Positions 37,087 to 46,858 of a stretch of 64,000 nt of DNA are shown one piece after another. Each line of letters opens with the position of its first letter. Position 1 is the stretch's first letter. This DNA comes from a virus. A model generated the notes under the pieces. It did no database searches. It saw only the letters and a program-made list of their open reading frames with translations, and was not told the DNA's origin. The position numbers and the translations under genes are program-made. Where the stretch lies: the IMG/VR virus record IMGVR_UViG_3300008267_000011, positions 30,416 through 94,415 of that record. The stretch is one strand, 5' to 3'.

Positions 37087-37920
37087 ATGATTATACTATC
37101 AACAACATCAGATCAAATACAAGTAGTTCTGGATTCTAGCGTTACCACAACGCAGCTGCAATGCTACGCTTGTTATCGTGATACAACCACAACAAGCATA
37201 ACGCCTGGGAGAAAAGCAATAGCTACAAACAACACTACGGCAGCCGAGTTGGTAGGAAGCCCAGCATCTTCAACACAGAGGGTTGTAGAGTATATAAGTG
37301 TGTATAATAAGGATACAGCAAACGCTACAGTAACTTTGAGTTTGTATATTTCAACAACGCTTTATACGCTTTTAAAAACAACTCTACAACCTGGAGATAG
37401 ATTAGAGTATCAACAAGGTAGTGGATTTAGAGTTTTGGCTTCTGATGGTGCCATAAGAGAGGTTCCAAATCAGACAGGAGCAAATATTACAAGCAATTTG
37501 CAATATGCTTACGTGTCAACAGACCAAACAATAAGCTCAACAAGCTACGTAGACATTACAGACTTGAATTTTGCCGTTAAAGCAAACAGAAGGTATTACT
37601 TTAACTTCATAATGCCATACTCATCACCACAAACCTTCCAAGGAGTAAAGTTTTCAATAAATGGTCCTAGTTCAAGTTATGTAGCTTATTACTCAATCTA
37701 TCCCTCATCAACTACAGCAGTAACGTACAACAATGGAATACCAGCATACGATTTACCATCTACCGTATTCGGTAATACTACGTTAGCTGGTATTGCTAAG
37801 CTTGAGGGCATAGTACACATAACAGCGGATGGTACGTTAACCGGTAGATGTGGTGGCGAGGTCGCTAACACTATAGTGGTCAAAAAAGGAGCGGTAGTAT
37901 TTTATAGTGAATTAAATTAA
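37087..37920 (+). CDS. Fibre-region paralogue 1 of 3
   Basis: N-terminal MIxLxxTxDxIQVxL...YRDTTT...GSPASSTQR shared with the genes at 38073 and 38934. Confidence 0.75.
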   Translation: MIILSTTSDQIQVVLDSSVTTTQLQCYACYRDTTTTSITPGRKAIATNNTTAAELVGSPASSTQRVVEYISVYNKDTANATVTLSLYISTTLYTLLKTTLQPGDRLEYQQGSGFRVLASDGAIREVPNQTGANITSNLQYAYVSTDQTISSTSYVDITDLNFAVKANRRYYFNFIMPYSSPQTFQGVKFSINGPSSSYVAYYSIYPSSTTAVTYNNGIPAYDLPSTVFGNTTLAGIAKLEGIVHITADGTLTGRCGGEVANTIVVKKGAVVFYSELN

Positions 37921-37927
37921 CACAATC

Positions 37928-38071
37928 ATGTATAACATAGGCGATAAGTTGCAAATAAATAACTCAGAATTTACGATATGGCTCATAGAAGATGGACTCT
38001 ATCATCTAATAAACGACCAGGGATTAGGAATATGTTGCGACGAGGAGTATTTAATAGCAAACTCTCAATAG
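37928..38071 (+). CDS. Small hypothetical protein (47 aa, not in ORF track)
   Basis: ATG 37928 to TAG 38071 encodes MYNIGDKLQINNSEFTIWLIEDGLYHLINDQGLGICCDEEYLIANSQ and fills the gap between paralogues 1 and 2. Confidence 0.55.
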   Translation: MYNIGDKLQINNSEFTIWLIEDGLYHLINDQGLGICCDEEYLIANSQ

Positions 38072-38072
38072 T

Positions 38073-38930
38073 ATGATAACGTTAAATAGTACTACAGATA
38101 AGATACAGGTTCTTTTAGACGGATCGGTTACGACAGCACAACTTATATGTGCCTCTATATATAGAGACACTACCACAACATCAATCGCACCAAGTAGAAA
38201 CGTAACATTAACAAACAATACTACAGCAGTTGATTTAGTAGGAAGCCCTGCTTCCTCAACACAACGACTAGTGGAATACCTGAGCGTACATAACTCAGAT
38301 ACCAACGGAGCGAGAGTAACAGTAAGGTTCTCGGACAATGGAACATATTACACACTGCATAGCTGTATTTTAGAAGTTGGTGATAAATTAGAGTATGTTG
38401 ACAAGGAAGGATTTAGAGTAATTACCAACGTTGGCAGTACAAGAGGTGTGTTTAACTACCAACCATCACAGCTAGCTGCTTCTGGATTTAGTACGTTAGC
38501 TCTTCCTGACGACATTACAATACAGAGCTACGCAACAATGCCTAAAAAAGCTTATGGGTTTGGATTTCCAACAAAAGCAGGAAAGTGCTACCACTTTAAG
38601 TATCTTTTGTTTTTTGACGTGGATGCTACTACAACAGGAACTAAGTGGAATGTCAATTTTCCCACTTGGTCAACGCTATTATGTGTCCAAATATGGCAAT
38701 CGCTAACTACTACCGGTTTTACGGTGACAAACGCAGTATCTCTACCAACAACACCAACAACAGCTAACGCAACATCACCAGCAACGTCTGGAAATGAAGT
38801 TTTTATAGAGGGAGTCATTTTTGCAGAAGACAATGATTTCATCGACATCTCCTTTGCAGCAGAAGTAGCGTCCCCAGCATACGTCACACTAAAAGCAGGA
38901 TCTTTTTTAATCTATAATGAAGTTTACTAA
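38073..38930 (+). CDS. Fibre-region paralogue 2 of 3
   Basis: Same N-terminal domain as the other two; most divergent C-terminal beta domain. Confidence 0.75.
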   Translation: MITLNSTTDKIQVLLDGSVTTAQLICASIYRDTTTTSIAPSRNVTLTNNTTAVDLVGSPASSTQRLVEYLSVHNSDTNGARVTVRFSDNGTYYTLHSCILEVGDKLEYVDKEGFRVITNVGSTRGVFNYQPSQLAASGFSTLALPDDITIQSYATMPKKAYGFGFPTKAGKCYHFKYLLFFDVDATTTGTKWNVNFPTWSTLLCVQIWQSLTTTGFTVTNAVSLPTTPTTANATSPATSGNEVFIEGVIFAEDNDFIDISFAAEVASPAYVTLKAGSFLIYNEVY

Positions 38931-38933
38931 GTT

Positions 38934-39794
38934 ATGATAACACTAACACAGACGACAGATAAGATACAAGTTAAATTAAGCGGTACTGTTACTGCAAACC
39001 AACTTCAATGCTATGCATCGTATCGAGACACAACAACATCAAGTATAACACCTGGAAGGAGTGTTGTGTTGACGAATAATACCACAGCAGTTGATTTAGT
39101 AGGAAGCTCTGCTTCCTCAACACAACGACTTATAGAACGTATCAGCATTTACAACTCAGATACTGCAGCTGCTACCGTAACAATCCTATTCAACGACAAT
39201 GGTACCACGTATGAATTAGCTGTGGTTCCTTTAGCTTTTGGAGAGATTTTAGAATATCAAGAAGGTGCTGGCTTTAAAACGTCCGATAGGTTTGGATCGT
39301 TAAAAAAACAAGCATACTATCCGAGCTTAGACTTTAATTCAAGCTTTAGCACAACAATACTAGCCAATGACGTTGTAAATAACAACGCAGTAGCGAATAC
39401 AATAGCAGATATAACGGGATTAAGTTTTTCTGTTACATCTGGAAAAACATACTACTTTAGCTTTACAATAGCTTACACATCAGTTGCGACAACTACCGGA
39501 GCCAGATTCTCCATAAACGGACCTGCAGCAACTTACTTAAACTACTGGACTCGATTTCCTAACGCCACCAACTCAGTCAACACCTATTTAGGACTAACAT
39601 CCTATGACCTTCCAGCAGCAGCAAGCACCACATCCCCTGCAGCATCTGCAACAATTGGAGGAGTTGCCAATATAGAGGGATTTGTAACGCCATCAGCCAG
39701 TGGTACGTTAATTGGAAGGTTTGCATCTGAAGTAGCAAACTCAGCAATCACCGCAAAAAAAGGATCTGTAGTGTATTACAAGCAGCTGGATTAA
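38934..39794 (+). CDS. Fibre-region paralogue 3 of 3
   Basis: Same N-terminal domain. The C-terminal domain (DITGLSF, FSINGP, YDLP, GTLIGRFASEVANS, KKGS) resembles paralogue 1. Confidence 0.75.
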   Translation: MITLTQTTDKIQVKLSGTVTANQLQCYASYRDTTTSSITPGRSVVLTNNTTAVDLVGSSASSTQRLIERISIYNSDTAAATVTILFNDNGTTYELAVVPLAFGEILEYQEGAGFKTSDRFGSLKKQAYYPSLDFNSSFSTTILANDVVNNNAVANTIADITGLSFSVTSGKTYYFSFTIAYTSVATTTGARFSINGPAATYLNYWTRFPNATNSVNTYLGLTSYDLPAAASTTSPAASATIGGVANIEGFVTPSASGTLIGRFASEVANSAITAKKGSVVYYKQLD

Positions 39795-39831
39795 CCGCTT
39801 TAGTTTGTTGATGTTTAACTATTTATAGACA

Positions 39832-42800
39832 ATGGCAATATTCGTACCAAATAATCCGTTAGCAGGGTTTAACGTAAGCACAGGATCACTACAAGGTCCT
39901 TCCATCGTATTAGATGAATTAACCAAAACATCCATACCTAGTTTTTTAATAAACGGAGGAGCCGTTGGTAATGAATTTTTCATATCATCATCCAACTTCA
40001 ACGTAAAAGCAAACGGAGATATATCGGCAAGCAATGCGTTATTAGCAGGAACTATCACAGCAACAGCTGGTTTTATAGGAGGTTGGACAATTGGAAGTAC
40101 TACGCTAACTGGGGGTAATGTTGTATTAGACTCTACCGGTAAGATAAGAACAGCTACAAACTTTACTACTGGAAATGGCTTTTACTTTGACGATCAAGCT
40201 ACTAATAACTTCCGTGTAGGTTTAGCAGGAGGTTCTCGTCTGCAATTTACAGGAACTAATATAGAAATATACTCATCAAATAATAGGGTTGTAAGTCTAG
40301 GAACCACCAACGAGATTGCTGGATTCGGACTAACACCAGCCGCAATATCATCATCAAACAACCAGCTAGTACTTAGAAGTAATGGACAGATAACCGGATC
40401 GAGTGTTTTATTCGATGGCGGTAAAATTGGCGGATGGTCCATAGATGGTAACAAACTAAGCTCAGGAAACGTAACACTAAACGCTACCAATCAACAAATA
40501 TTCCTAGGCGATACAACATACGATGCTGCTGAAATTGCTTTTACTGGTTCTGGTATTGGTAAATTTGGTAGCATTAATATAAATGGAGTAGCAGGTGCTT
40601 TAAACGGCGGTATTGCATTTTTAGATACGTTTAACGGTACAGAGTTAGACTCTACGTTATGGTATAATAATAGCAGCGACGCTGGAGAGAAGGCTAGAAT
40701 AGTAAGTGGAGCTCTTCGTTTGGAAAATGGGAATGGAGCCTGGGATTATGCTATTGTAGGTAAAAAAGCATTTCAACGAGCCAACTCACCGGTGTTTGAG
40801 TTTCATACAAAAGTACTACAAACTGGCGGTACAGAAACACTACCTAGAATGATGCTAGGCGTTACCGAAGATGCAGGAACTACCAACTACGCCGGTAACG
40901 TGCACGCTTTTTATTTTTCAAATACGGGAATGTCTATATACGAAGGCGCAACAAGTCGTGGAGCAGTTTCCGGATTTGCGGCTGCAGTAGGTGATACGTT
41001 CAAGCTGGTAATGAAACCACAATCATCTGGTATACAGTACGAAGTTTACAAAAATGAAGACTACACGACTGCATACAAAACCGGTACCATCGGCTCCAGT
41101 AACTCAGCAAGCTTATACCCAGCTATATGGACATTGCCAACAGCATCGACAATGGAATTTTATTCTGTTGCTGCATACGATTCTACAACACCTGGAGCGT
41201 TTGATTTAAAAGGCGGAGGTAGTTTTGGTCTTATAGACAATTCTGGAAGTCGTTTAACTTTTACTCGTGGCGGATTTTCGTTATCAAGTCCAAATGTAGA
41301 TATATCTGGTAGATCAATTCGTATAGGTGATGCATTTAAGTTTGATGGATCTAATTTAACAGTATCAGGATCATCTGCTAGAATATTAACACCAAGCTTC
41401 TTTTTGGGAGGCACCAACCAATACATTTCCGGATCTGGTGGTCTATTAAGAATATCATCCAGTAACTTTCACTTAGATACGTCAGGTAATGTTACTATGG
41501 CTGGTACTATTACAGCACAAGCAGGTACTATAGGAGGTTGGTCAATTGGATCCACTTACCTATCCTCAAGTAATTTGATTATTGATAGTGCTGGTAATCT
41601 ACAAACAGCAAACTATGCATCGGACTTAACCGGATGGAAAATCTCATCAGCCGGAAATGGATTTGCTGAGTTTGAAAACGTAAAAGTAAGAGGAACACTA
41701 TCGACAGCTGTGTTTGAAAAGCAATCAGTTAATGCTGTAGGTGGGCAACTATACGTAGCAAATTCCACAATACTAACAGGATCAGGAGAGGCCGGTGCAA
41801 GTACCAATGGTCAATACACAGCTACTCAGACAACTATGTCGGTTGAAAACGTTACTGGATTTGAGAATGGGGAGATCATTACTGCAAAGAAGTTTTCTGG
41901 CACAGGGTTTGGTACTGAGTATATGAGAATCAACTCAGCATCGCGTGCTAATCCTAGTAGTGATACCGATTTTAGTGGTCGTATATATGTAACGAGAGGA
42001 TACGGTAGTGGTACAACAGGCAACTCTGGCTCGTTGGGAGAAACCCCAGGAGCCGGTCAGACCTACTCAGGATCTCAAGTAATTGTATCGACTGGTAAAT
42101 TAGGAACTGGGTTTATACGAATAAATGCTAGTCCAAGTGACCAAGCAACTCCATATATTGATATTGTTGAAAGAACGGGCAGTGGTATTTACGACGTAGC
42201 ACTAAAGGCTCGATTAGGAGACTTATCAGGCCTTGCAAATAGCAGCTACGTGTTTGGTAACAGTAATCCTGGGTTTGGATTGGCAACTGATAACGTGTTT
42301 TTGCAAGGAGGTATAGTTGCTAATACCGGTAGTATAGGTGGCATCAGTATGCAGTCTAGTAAACTATTTACCGGAACCGGCACTTTTAACAACAGTAATA
42401 CAGGATTTTACCTAGATAGTAGCGGACAATTCTCGCTTAAAAGTGCCTTATCGTGGGATGGTACTAACTTGTTGGTGTCTGGATCTACAACAAGAGTGCT
42501 TACTCCATCGTTTTTCCTTGGAGGCACCAACCAATACATTTCCGGATCAAACGGAACTATTAGAATATCATCTAGTAACTTCCATTTAGACACTGCGGGC
42601 AACGTTACCATGGCAGGTACAGTTTCTGCTACTGCGGGTACTATTGGAGGATTTGCAATAACTTCTACTGCAATATCATCATCAAACGATGATTTGATAC
42701 TAAGAAGCAATGGCCAAATTACAGGATCGAATATACTATTGGATGGGGGGAGGATAGGTGGATTTAACCTAGATAGTAATAGACTATACTCAACAACAAA

Positions 42801-43464
42801 CCTACCAGCCACAAGCATACCAGCAATCGATATCAACGGAACTACTGGCGCCATATCAGGTTCAAGTGTACTACTAAGGCGTAGGATAAGTGGCACCACC
42901 TACACTCTAATGGACACTGAAGAGGGCGTTGCTGATTTTAGAAACATTGGAAGGCAGGTTATTGCCGATGCCACAGAGTATGCGAGAACTAGTACCAGCG
43001 ACGAGACCACCAACTACACAGACTTAGCTGAATGGTCGTTTAACGTGCTGCCAGGAGAAACAAATCTACTTATAGGATGGAATTGGTTAACACATTCGGC
43101 AACTTATAGCGCAGTATCACGACTAAGGTGGCAATTAGCTTATCTATCAGCTGCGCAGTCAGGATCATCTACTACATCGGCTGCATACTACAACGCTTGG
43201 ACATCGGGTAGCACTAGTACGCACACAATTTCAATTTCTGCTAATAACAGCGGATCTGCGTGGGAAGTGCCAAATAGTACAATTGGTAGAGATGGAGCTA
43301 ACTTTACCATTAGCTCCTACGAAGGAAGTATTATTAGAATAAGACTACAGCTTGCAAACGACATTGCAAATGCAACAGGAAACATGACAACAAAGGTAAG
43401 AGACGTGTGTGCATACACAACTCGAACATACGGAGTAGCAGCTGCTGGAGGTGTAGTTAAATAG
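39832..43464 (+). CDS. Large tail fibre/spike protein with modular repeats
   Basis: 1210 aa; repeated G-x-I-G-G-(W/F) and ISSSN modules; late motif at 39820-39827. Confidence 0.7.
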   Translation: MAIFVPNNPLAGFNVSTGSLQGPSIVLDELTKTSIPSFLINGGAVGNEFFISSSNFNVKANGDISASNALLAGTITATAGFIGGWTIGSTTLTGGNVVLDSTGKIRTATNFTTGNGFYFDDQATNNFRVGLAGGSRLQFTGTNIEIYSSNNRVVSLGTTNEIAGFGLTPAAISSSNNQLVLRSNGQITGSSVLFDGGKIGGWSIDGNKLSSGNVTLNATNQQIFLGDTTYDAAEIAFTGSGIGKFGSININGVAGALNGGIAFLDTFNGTELDSTLWYNNSSDAGEKARIVSGALRLENGNGAWDYAIVGKKAFQRANSPVFEFHTKVLQTGGTETLPRMMLGVTEDAGTTNYAGNVHAFYFSNTGMSIYEGATSRGAVSGFAAAVGDTFKLVMKPQSSGIQYEVYKNEDYTTAYKTGTIGSSNSASLYPAIWTLPTASTMEFYSVAAYDSTTPGAFDLKGGGSFGLIDNSGSRLTFTRGGFSLSSPNVDISGRSIRIGDAFKFDGSNLTVSGSSARILTPSFFLGGTNQYISGSGGLLRISSSNFHLDTSGNVTMAGTITAQAGTIGGWSIGSTYLSSSNLIIDSAGNLQTANYASDLTGWKISSAGNGFAEFENVKVRGTLSTAVFEKQSVNAVGGQLYVANSTILTGSGEAGASTNGQYTATQTTMSVENVTGFENGEIITAKKFSGTGFGTEYMRINSASRANPSSDTDFSGRIYVTRGYGSGTTGNSGSLGETPGAGQTYSGSQVIVSTGKLGTGFIRINASPSDQATPYIDIVERTGSGIYDVALKARLGDLSGLANSSYVFGNSNPGFGLATDNVFLQGGIVANTGSIGGISMQSSKLFTGTGTFNNSNTGFYLDSSGQFSLKSALSWDGTNLLVSGSTTRVLTPSFFLGGTNQYISGSNGTIRISSSNFHLDTAGNVTMAGTVSATAGTIGGFAITSTAISSSNDDLILRSNGQITGSNILLDGGRIGGFNLDSNRLYSTTNLPATSIPAIDINGTTGAISGSSVLLRRRISGTTYTLMDTEEGVADFRNIGRQVIADATEYARTSTSDETTNYTDLAEWSFNVLPGETNLLIGWNWLTHSATYSAVSRLRWQLAYLSAAQSGSSTTSAAYYNAWTSGSTSTHTISISANNSGSAWEVPNSTIGRDGANFTISSYEGSIIRIRLQLANDIANATGNMTTKVRDVCAYTTRTYGVAAAGGVVK
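41407..42548 (+). repeat. Dispersed direct repeat within the fibre gene
   Basis: GGAGGCACCAACCAATACATTTCCGGATC (29 nt) is identical at 41407-41435 and 42520-42548, inside a duplicated protein module of about 70 aa. Confidence 0.85.
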
Positions 43465-43517
43465 AGCTTGTTTTTTTGCAAAAAAGCCGTATACTTATAT
43501 AAAACAAAGTTACTAAT

Positions 43518-43793
43518 ATGTCAGAACAAATTAAGTTTACAGAAGAGGAAATCCAAGAGATCCGTCAAACACAAGCAAACTATCAAACTATTGGATTAGA
43601 GTTGGTGCAAATCAAACTAGCATTAGCAAGTGCACAAAGCCAGCTAGAAGCTTTGCAAATGGAAGAAAAGCTACTAACTGAACGCATTAGCGATGTAAAT
43701 GGGAAAGAAAAAGAGCTTGCTAGAGCCTTAGAGACTAAGTACGGCAAAGGAGAGATTGACTTAGAAAGCGGAATGTTTACTCCACTATCTTAA
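43518..43793 (+). CDS. Small coiled-coil hypothetical protein
   Basis: 91-aa helical hairpin ending KYGKGEIDLESGMF; late motif at 43492-43499. Confidence 0.7.
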   Translation: MSEQIKFTEEEIQEIRQTQANYQTIGLELVQIKLALASAQSQLEALQMEEKLLTERISDVNGKEKELARALETKYGKGEIDLESGMFTPLS

Positions 43794-43860
43794 TCTAGAT
43801 TCTTAGGGTTTTCGGGTTACGTTGTACTATTTATATGTAAATTAAACAACTAATATAACG

Positions 43861-46254
43861 ATGGCCGAAAAAATAGTTAGCCCAGGAGTCTTTACCACAG
43901 AGAAAGACTTATCATTTTTACCAGCGGGAATTGCTGCCATTGGAGCAGCTATCGTTGGTCCTACAACAAAAGGTCCTGCCTTTGTACCAACAGTAGTAAC
44001 AAGCTTCGATGACTTTACTGCTAAGTTTGGCGGATTGAGCGAAGAGACTTATGTACCATACGCAGTTAAGAGTTACTTGAAGAACGCAAGTGCTGTTACT
44101 GTAGTTCGTATTCTACAAGAAGGCGGATATAATGTAAACGGAGCATTTGCTCTTATCCACTCTGCATCAGGAACTGGATTTAATGTAGTTGGTGTTGCAA
44201 TCCCAAGCCAAAAAGCAAATAGCGGTGCTGGTATCGATGGAGTTAACTTGACTGGATCAACCATCACATCATCAGCTGGTGTAGCTGGAAGCGGTAGTGC
44301 TAGCGGATCTATGAAGATGACTTTTGTAGGAGGTGGTGTAACTAGCTTCACAGTAAGTGCATCGGCAGTTCCAACAGCAGCAGATAGCTTAGACAAGGTA
44401 CTTGGAACCAGCATTAAGTCAAATAAAGAGGCTTACACTTACATTTGGTTCTCTGATTTCTTAACATCAAACTACAACGTTGCAGGAGCAACAATCTCAG
44501 CATCCGTAGCAACAAGCTTAAACTTGTCAGGATCAACTGATGGAGCTTATCGAGGTGCAACAACTCCATGGATTACTTCACAGAATCTTTCTGGTCAAAA
44601 CCCAGCAAACCTGTTCCGCTTTGTGACATTGGCACATGGAACTGACACAAATACTTCTTACAAAGTTAGCATTGTTAACCAAACATTACCAACTTCAACA
44701 GCGTACGGAACCTTCACAGTATTGGTTCGTGAGTATAATGACACAGACCAACGTCCAGTTGTTCTTGAGTCTTATAGCAATGTAAACTTAGATCCAAACT
44801 CACCTGACTTTATTGCTCGTCGAATTGGAGATAAGTACTATCAAGTTAACAGTGCTGGAGATGCAATAACAATTACCGGTGACTACAATAACGTAAGTAA
44901 GTATGTTCGTGTGGATGTTGATAGTGATGTTAAGGCTGGTGGAACACCAATCACATACTACCCAAAAGGATTTGCAGCAGTTAAGCAGCCATTCCAACAC
45001 GCTACCTACACTTTACCATCTGCAAGCTATATCACTCAAAACGTTGTAATCAACGGAGAGTATAGCAAGAGAGCTTATTATGGTTGGAACTTTGCTAGCA
45101 CAGATAACAACAACTACGCTAAACCACTCCCAAGTAGTGCAGGTGTAGGAGCAAACGTAGTGTTTAACCTAGACAACTGCTTTATACACCCAAGTGCATC
45201 CGGCACATTTACTGCAGGAGCGTCTATCTCAGGATCAACTTTAACAGGATTGGATATTTCTAATGTATTGAAGTTTAGCGTACCATTCCAAGATGGATTC
45301 GATGGTGATGATGCTGGTAAGAAGAAGTTAATGGGAAGCTCTATCGTATCAACCAACACCCAAGGTTTGGATTGTAGCACAGCTAGCGCAAAGGGATCTA
45401 GAGCTTATTCAAAAGCATTGACAATTCTATCAAACCAAGACGAGTATGATATGAACCTACTAGTAACACCTGGTGTAACTATAGCAAACCACTCAAGCGT
45501 TGTTAATAAAGCAATTGATACAGTTGAATCTAGAGGAGATGCTTTCTACATTGCAGACCCAGTAATCCAAGGAGGATCAGCAGCTAGCGCAATCGCAGCA
45601 GTAGCAAGCTCAGGAATTGATAGCTCATATGTTGGAACTTACTGGCCATGGGTTAAGATCATCGATACCGACAAGAACAAGCCAGTATGGGTACCACCAA
45701 GTGTTGTACTACCAAATATCTACGCTTACAATGATAACGTAGCGTTTGAATGGTTCGCACCTGCAGGTCTAAATCGTGGAGGAATCACTGAAGCTGTAGA
45801 CGTAGAGTTGAAACTAAGCTTTGCTAATCGTGACAGCTTGTATGAGAATAAGATCAACCCAATTGCAACATTCCCTGGACAAGGAATCTGTGTATGGGGT
45901 CAAAAGACTCTACAAGTTAAATCTTCAGCATTGGATCGTGTAAACGTACGTCGTCTATTGATTGCTTTGAAGAAGTTTATCGCAAGCTCTACTCGCTACT
46001 TGGTATTCGAAAACAATACTACTGAAACTCGTCAACGTTTCTTGAACATTGTTAACCCATACTTAGAGAGAGTAAAAGGACGTCAAGGATTATATGCCTT
46101 CCGTGTAGTGATGGACGAGACTAACAACACACCAGATGTAATCGACAGAAACATCATGTACGGTCAAATCTACCTACAACCAGCTAAGACTGCAGAATTT
46201 ATTGTGTTGGATTTCAACATCTTACCTACTGGAGCTTCTTTTGAAAACGCATAA
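43861..46254 (+). CDS. Tail sheath protein (gp18-like)
   Basis: VSPGVFTTE, GPTTKGP, WFAPAGLNRG, LYENKINPI, WGQKT, DRVNVRRL and DETNNTPDVID. Confidence 0.97.
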   Translation: MAEKIVSPGVFTTEKDLSFLPAGIAAIGAAIVGPTTKGPAFVPTVVTSFDDFTAKFGGLSEETYVPYAVKSYLKNASAVTVVRILQEGGYNVNGAFALIHSASGTGFNVVGVAIPSQKANSGAGIDGVNLTGSTITSSAGVAGSGSASGSMKMTFVGGGVTSFTVSASAVPTAADSLDKVLGTSIKSNKEAYTYIWFSDFLTSNYNVAGATISASVATSLNLSGSTDGAYRGATTPWITSQNLSGQNPANLFRFVTLAHGTDTNTSYKVSIVNQTLPTSTAYGTFTVLVREYNDTDQRPVVLESYSNVNLDPNSPDFIARRIGDKYYQVNSAGDAITITGDYNNVSKYVRVDVDSDVKAGGTPITYYPKGFAAVKQPFQHATYTLPSASYITQNVVINGEYSKRAYYGWNFASTDNNNYAKPLPSSAGVGANVVFNLDNCFIHPSASGTFTAGASISGSTLTGLDISNVLKFSVPFQDGFDGDDAGKKKLMGSSIVSTNTQGLDCSTASAKGSRAYSKALTILSNQDEYDMNLLVTPGVTIANHSSVVNKAIDTVESRGDAFYIADPVIQGGSAASAIAAVASSGIDSSYVGTYWPWVKIIDTDKNKPVWVPPSVVLPNIYAYNDNVAFEWFAPAGLNRGGITEAVDVELKLSFANRDSLYENKINPIATFPGQGICVWGQKTLQVKSSALDRVNVRRLLIALKKFIASSTRYLVFENNTTETRQRFLNIVNPYLERVKGRQGLYAFRVVMDETNNTPDVIDRNIMYGQIYLQPAKTAEFIVLDFNILPTGASFENA

Positions 46255-46282
46255 TAACGATACTTATAGTAAATAAAGCACA

Positions 46283-46771
46283 ATGGCAAACCTAATAGAA
46301 AACGACAAAATGTTCTACACACCTTACGAACCTAAGGTGCAGAACAGATTCATACTACAAGTTGATGGTATACCTTCTTTCATTATGAAGAAGGTATCCC
46401 GTCCACAAATTGAATGTGGAGAAGTAGTATTGGACCACATTAACATTATCCGTAAAGTAAAAGGAAAATGTAAGTGGGGAGATATCACAATGACACTTTA
46501 CGATCCAATCGTACCATCAGGTGCCCAAGCTGTAATGGAGTGGGTACGTACTCAACACGAATCAGTAACTGGTCGTGATGGATATGCAGACTTCTACAAG
46601 AAGGACTTTGATATCTTCGTATTGGGTCCTGTTGGAGATAAGATCGAGAACTGGAAAGTTAAAGGTGCCTACATCAAGACTGCTCAGTTTGGTGATTTAG
46701 ACTGGTCTACTGAGACTCAAGTTGAGATTCAATTGACCTTAGCGGTAGACTACTGCGTACTAGAGTACTAA
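46283..46771 (+). CDS. Tail tube protein (gp19-like)
   Basis: EPKVQNRF, KGKCKWGDITMTLYD, ENWKVKGAY and FGDLDW; follows the sheath gene. Confidence 0.9.
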   Translation: MANLIENDKMFYTPYEPKVQNRFILQVDGIPSFIMKKVSRPQIECGEVVLDHINIIRKVKGKCKWGDITMTLYDPIVPSGAQAVMEWVRTQHESVTGRDGYADFYKKDFDIFVLGPVGDKIENWKVKGAYIKTAQFGDLDWSTETQVEIQLTLAVDYCVLEY

Positions 46772-46790
46772 TAGTAGAAAATATTATCAT

Positions 46791-46825
46791 GTAAAGCCAG
46801 CAGAGATGTTGGCTTTACTTTTTTT
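46791..46825 (+). terminator. Rho-independent terminator after the tube gene
   Basis: Stem GTAAAGCCAGCA / TGTTGGCTTTAC with loop GAGA, followed by a T-run. Confidence 0.85.
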
Positions 46826-46858
46826 ATTGCGTATACTTATATATAAACAGTTATTAAC

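Noticed and set aside
37087-43464. Diversity-generating retroelement or invertible tail-fibre cassette
   Set aside because: No reverse transcriptase or invertase in the window; the repeats are direct, in frame, and do not show adenine-specific differences.
43467-43488. TTTTTTGCAAAAAA palindrome as a terminator
   Set aside because: The stem is almost all A-T with no following T-tail, and it overlaps the promoter-like region; support is too weak.
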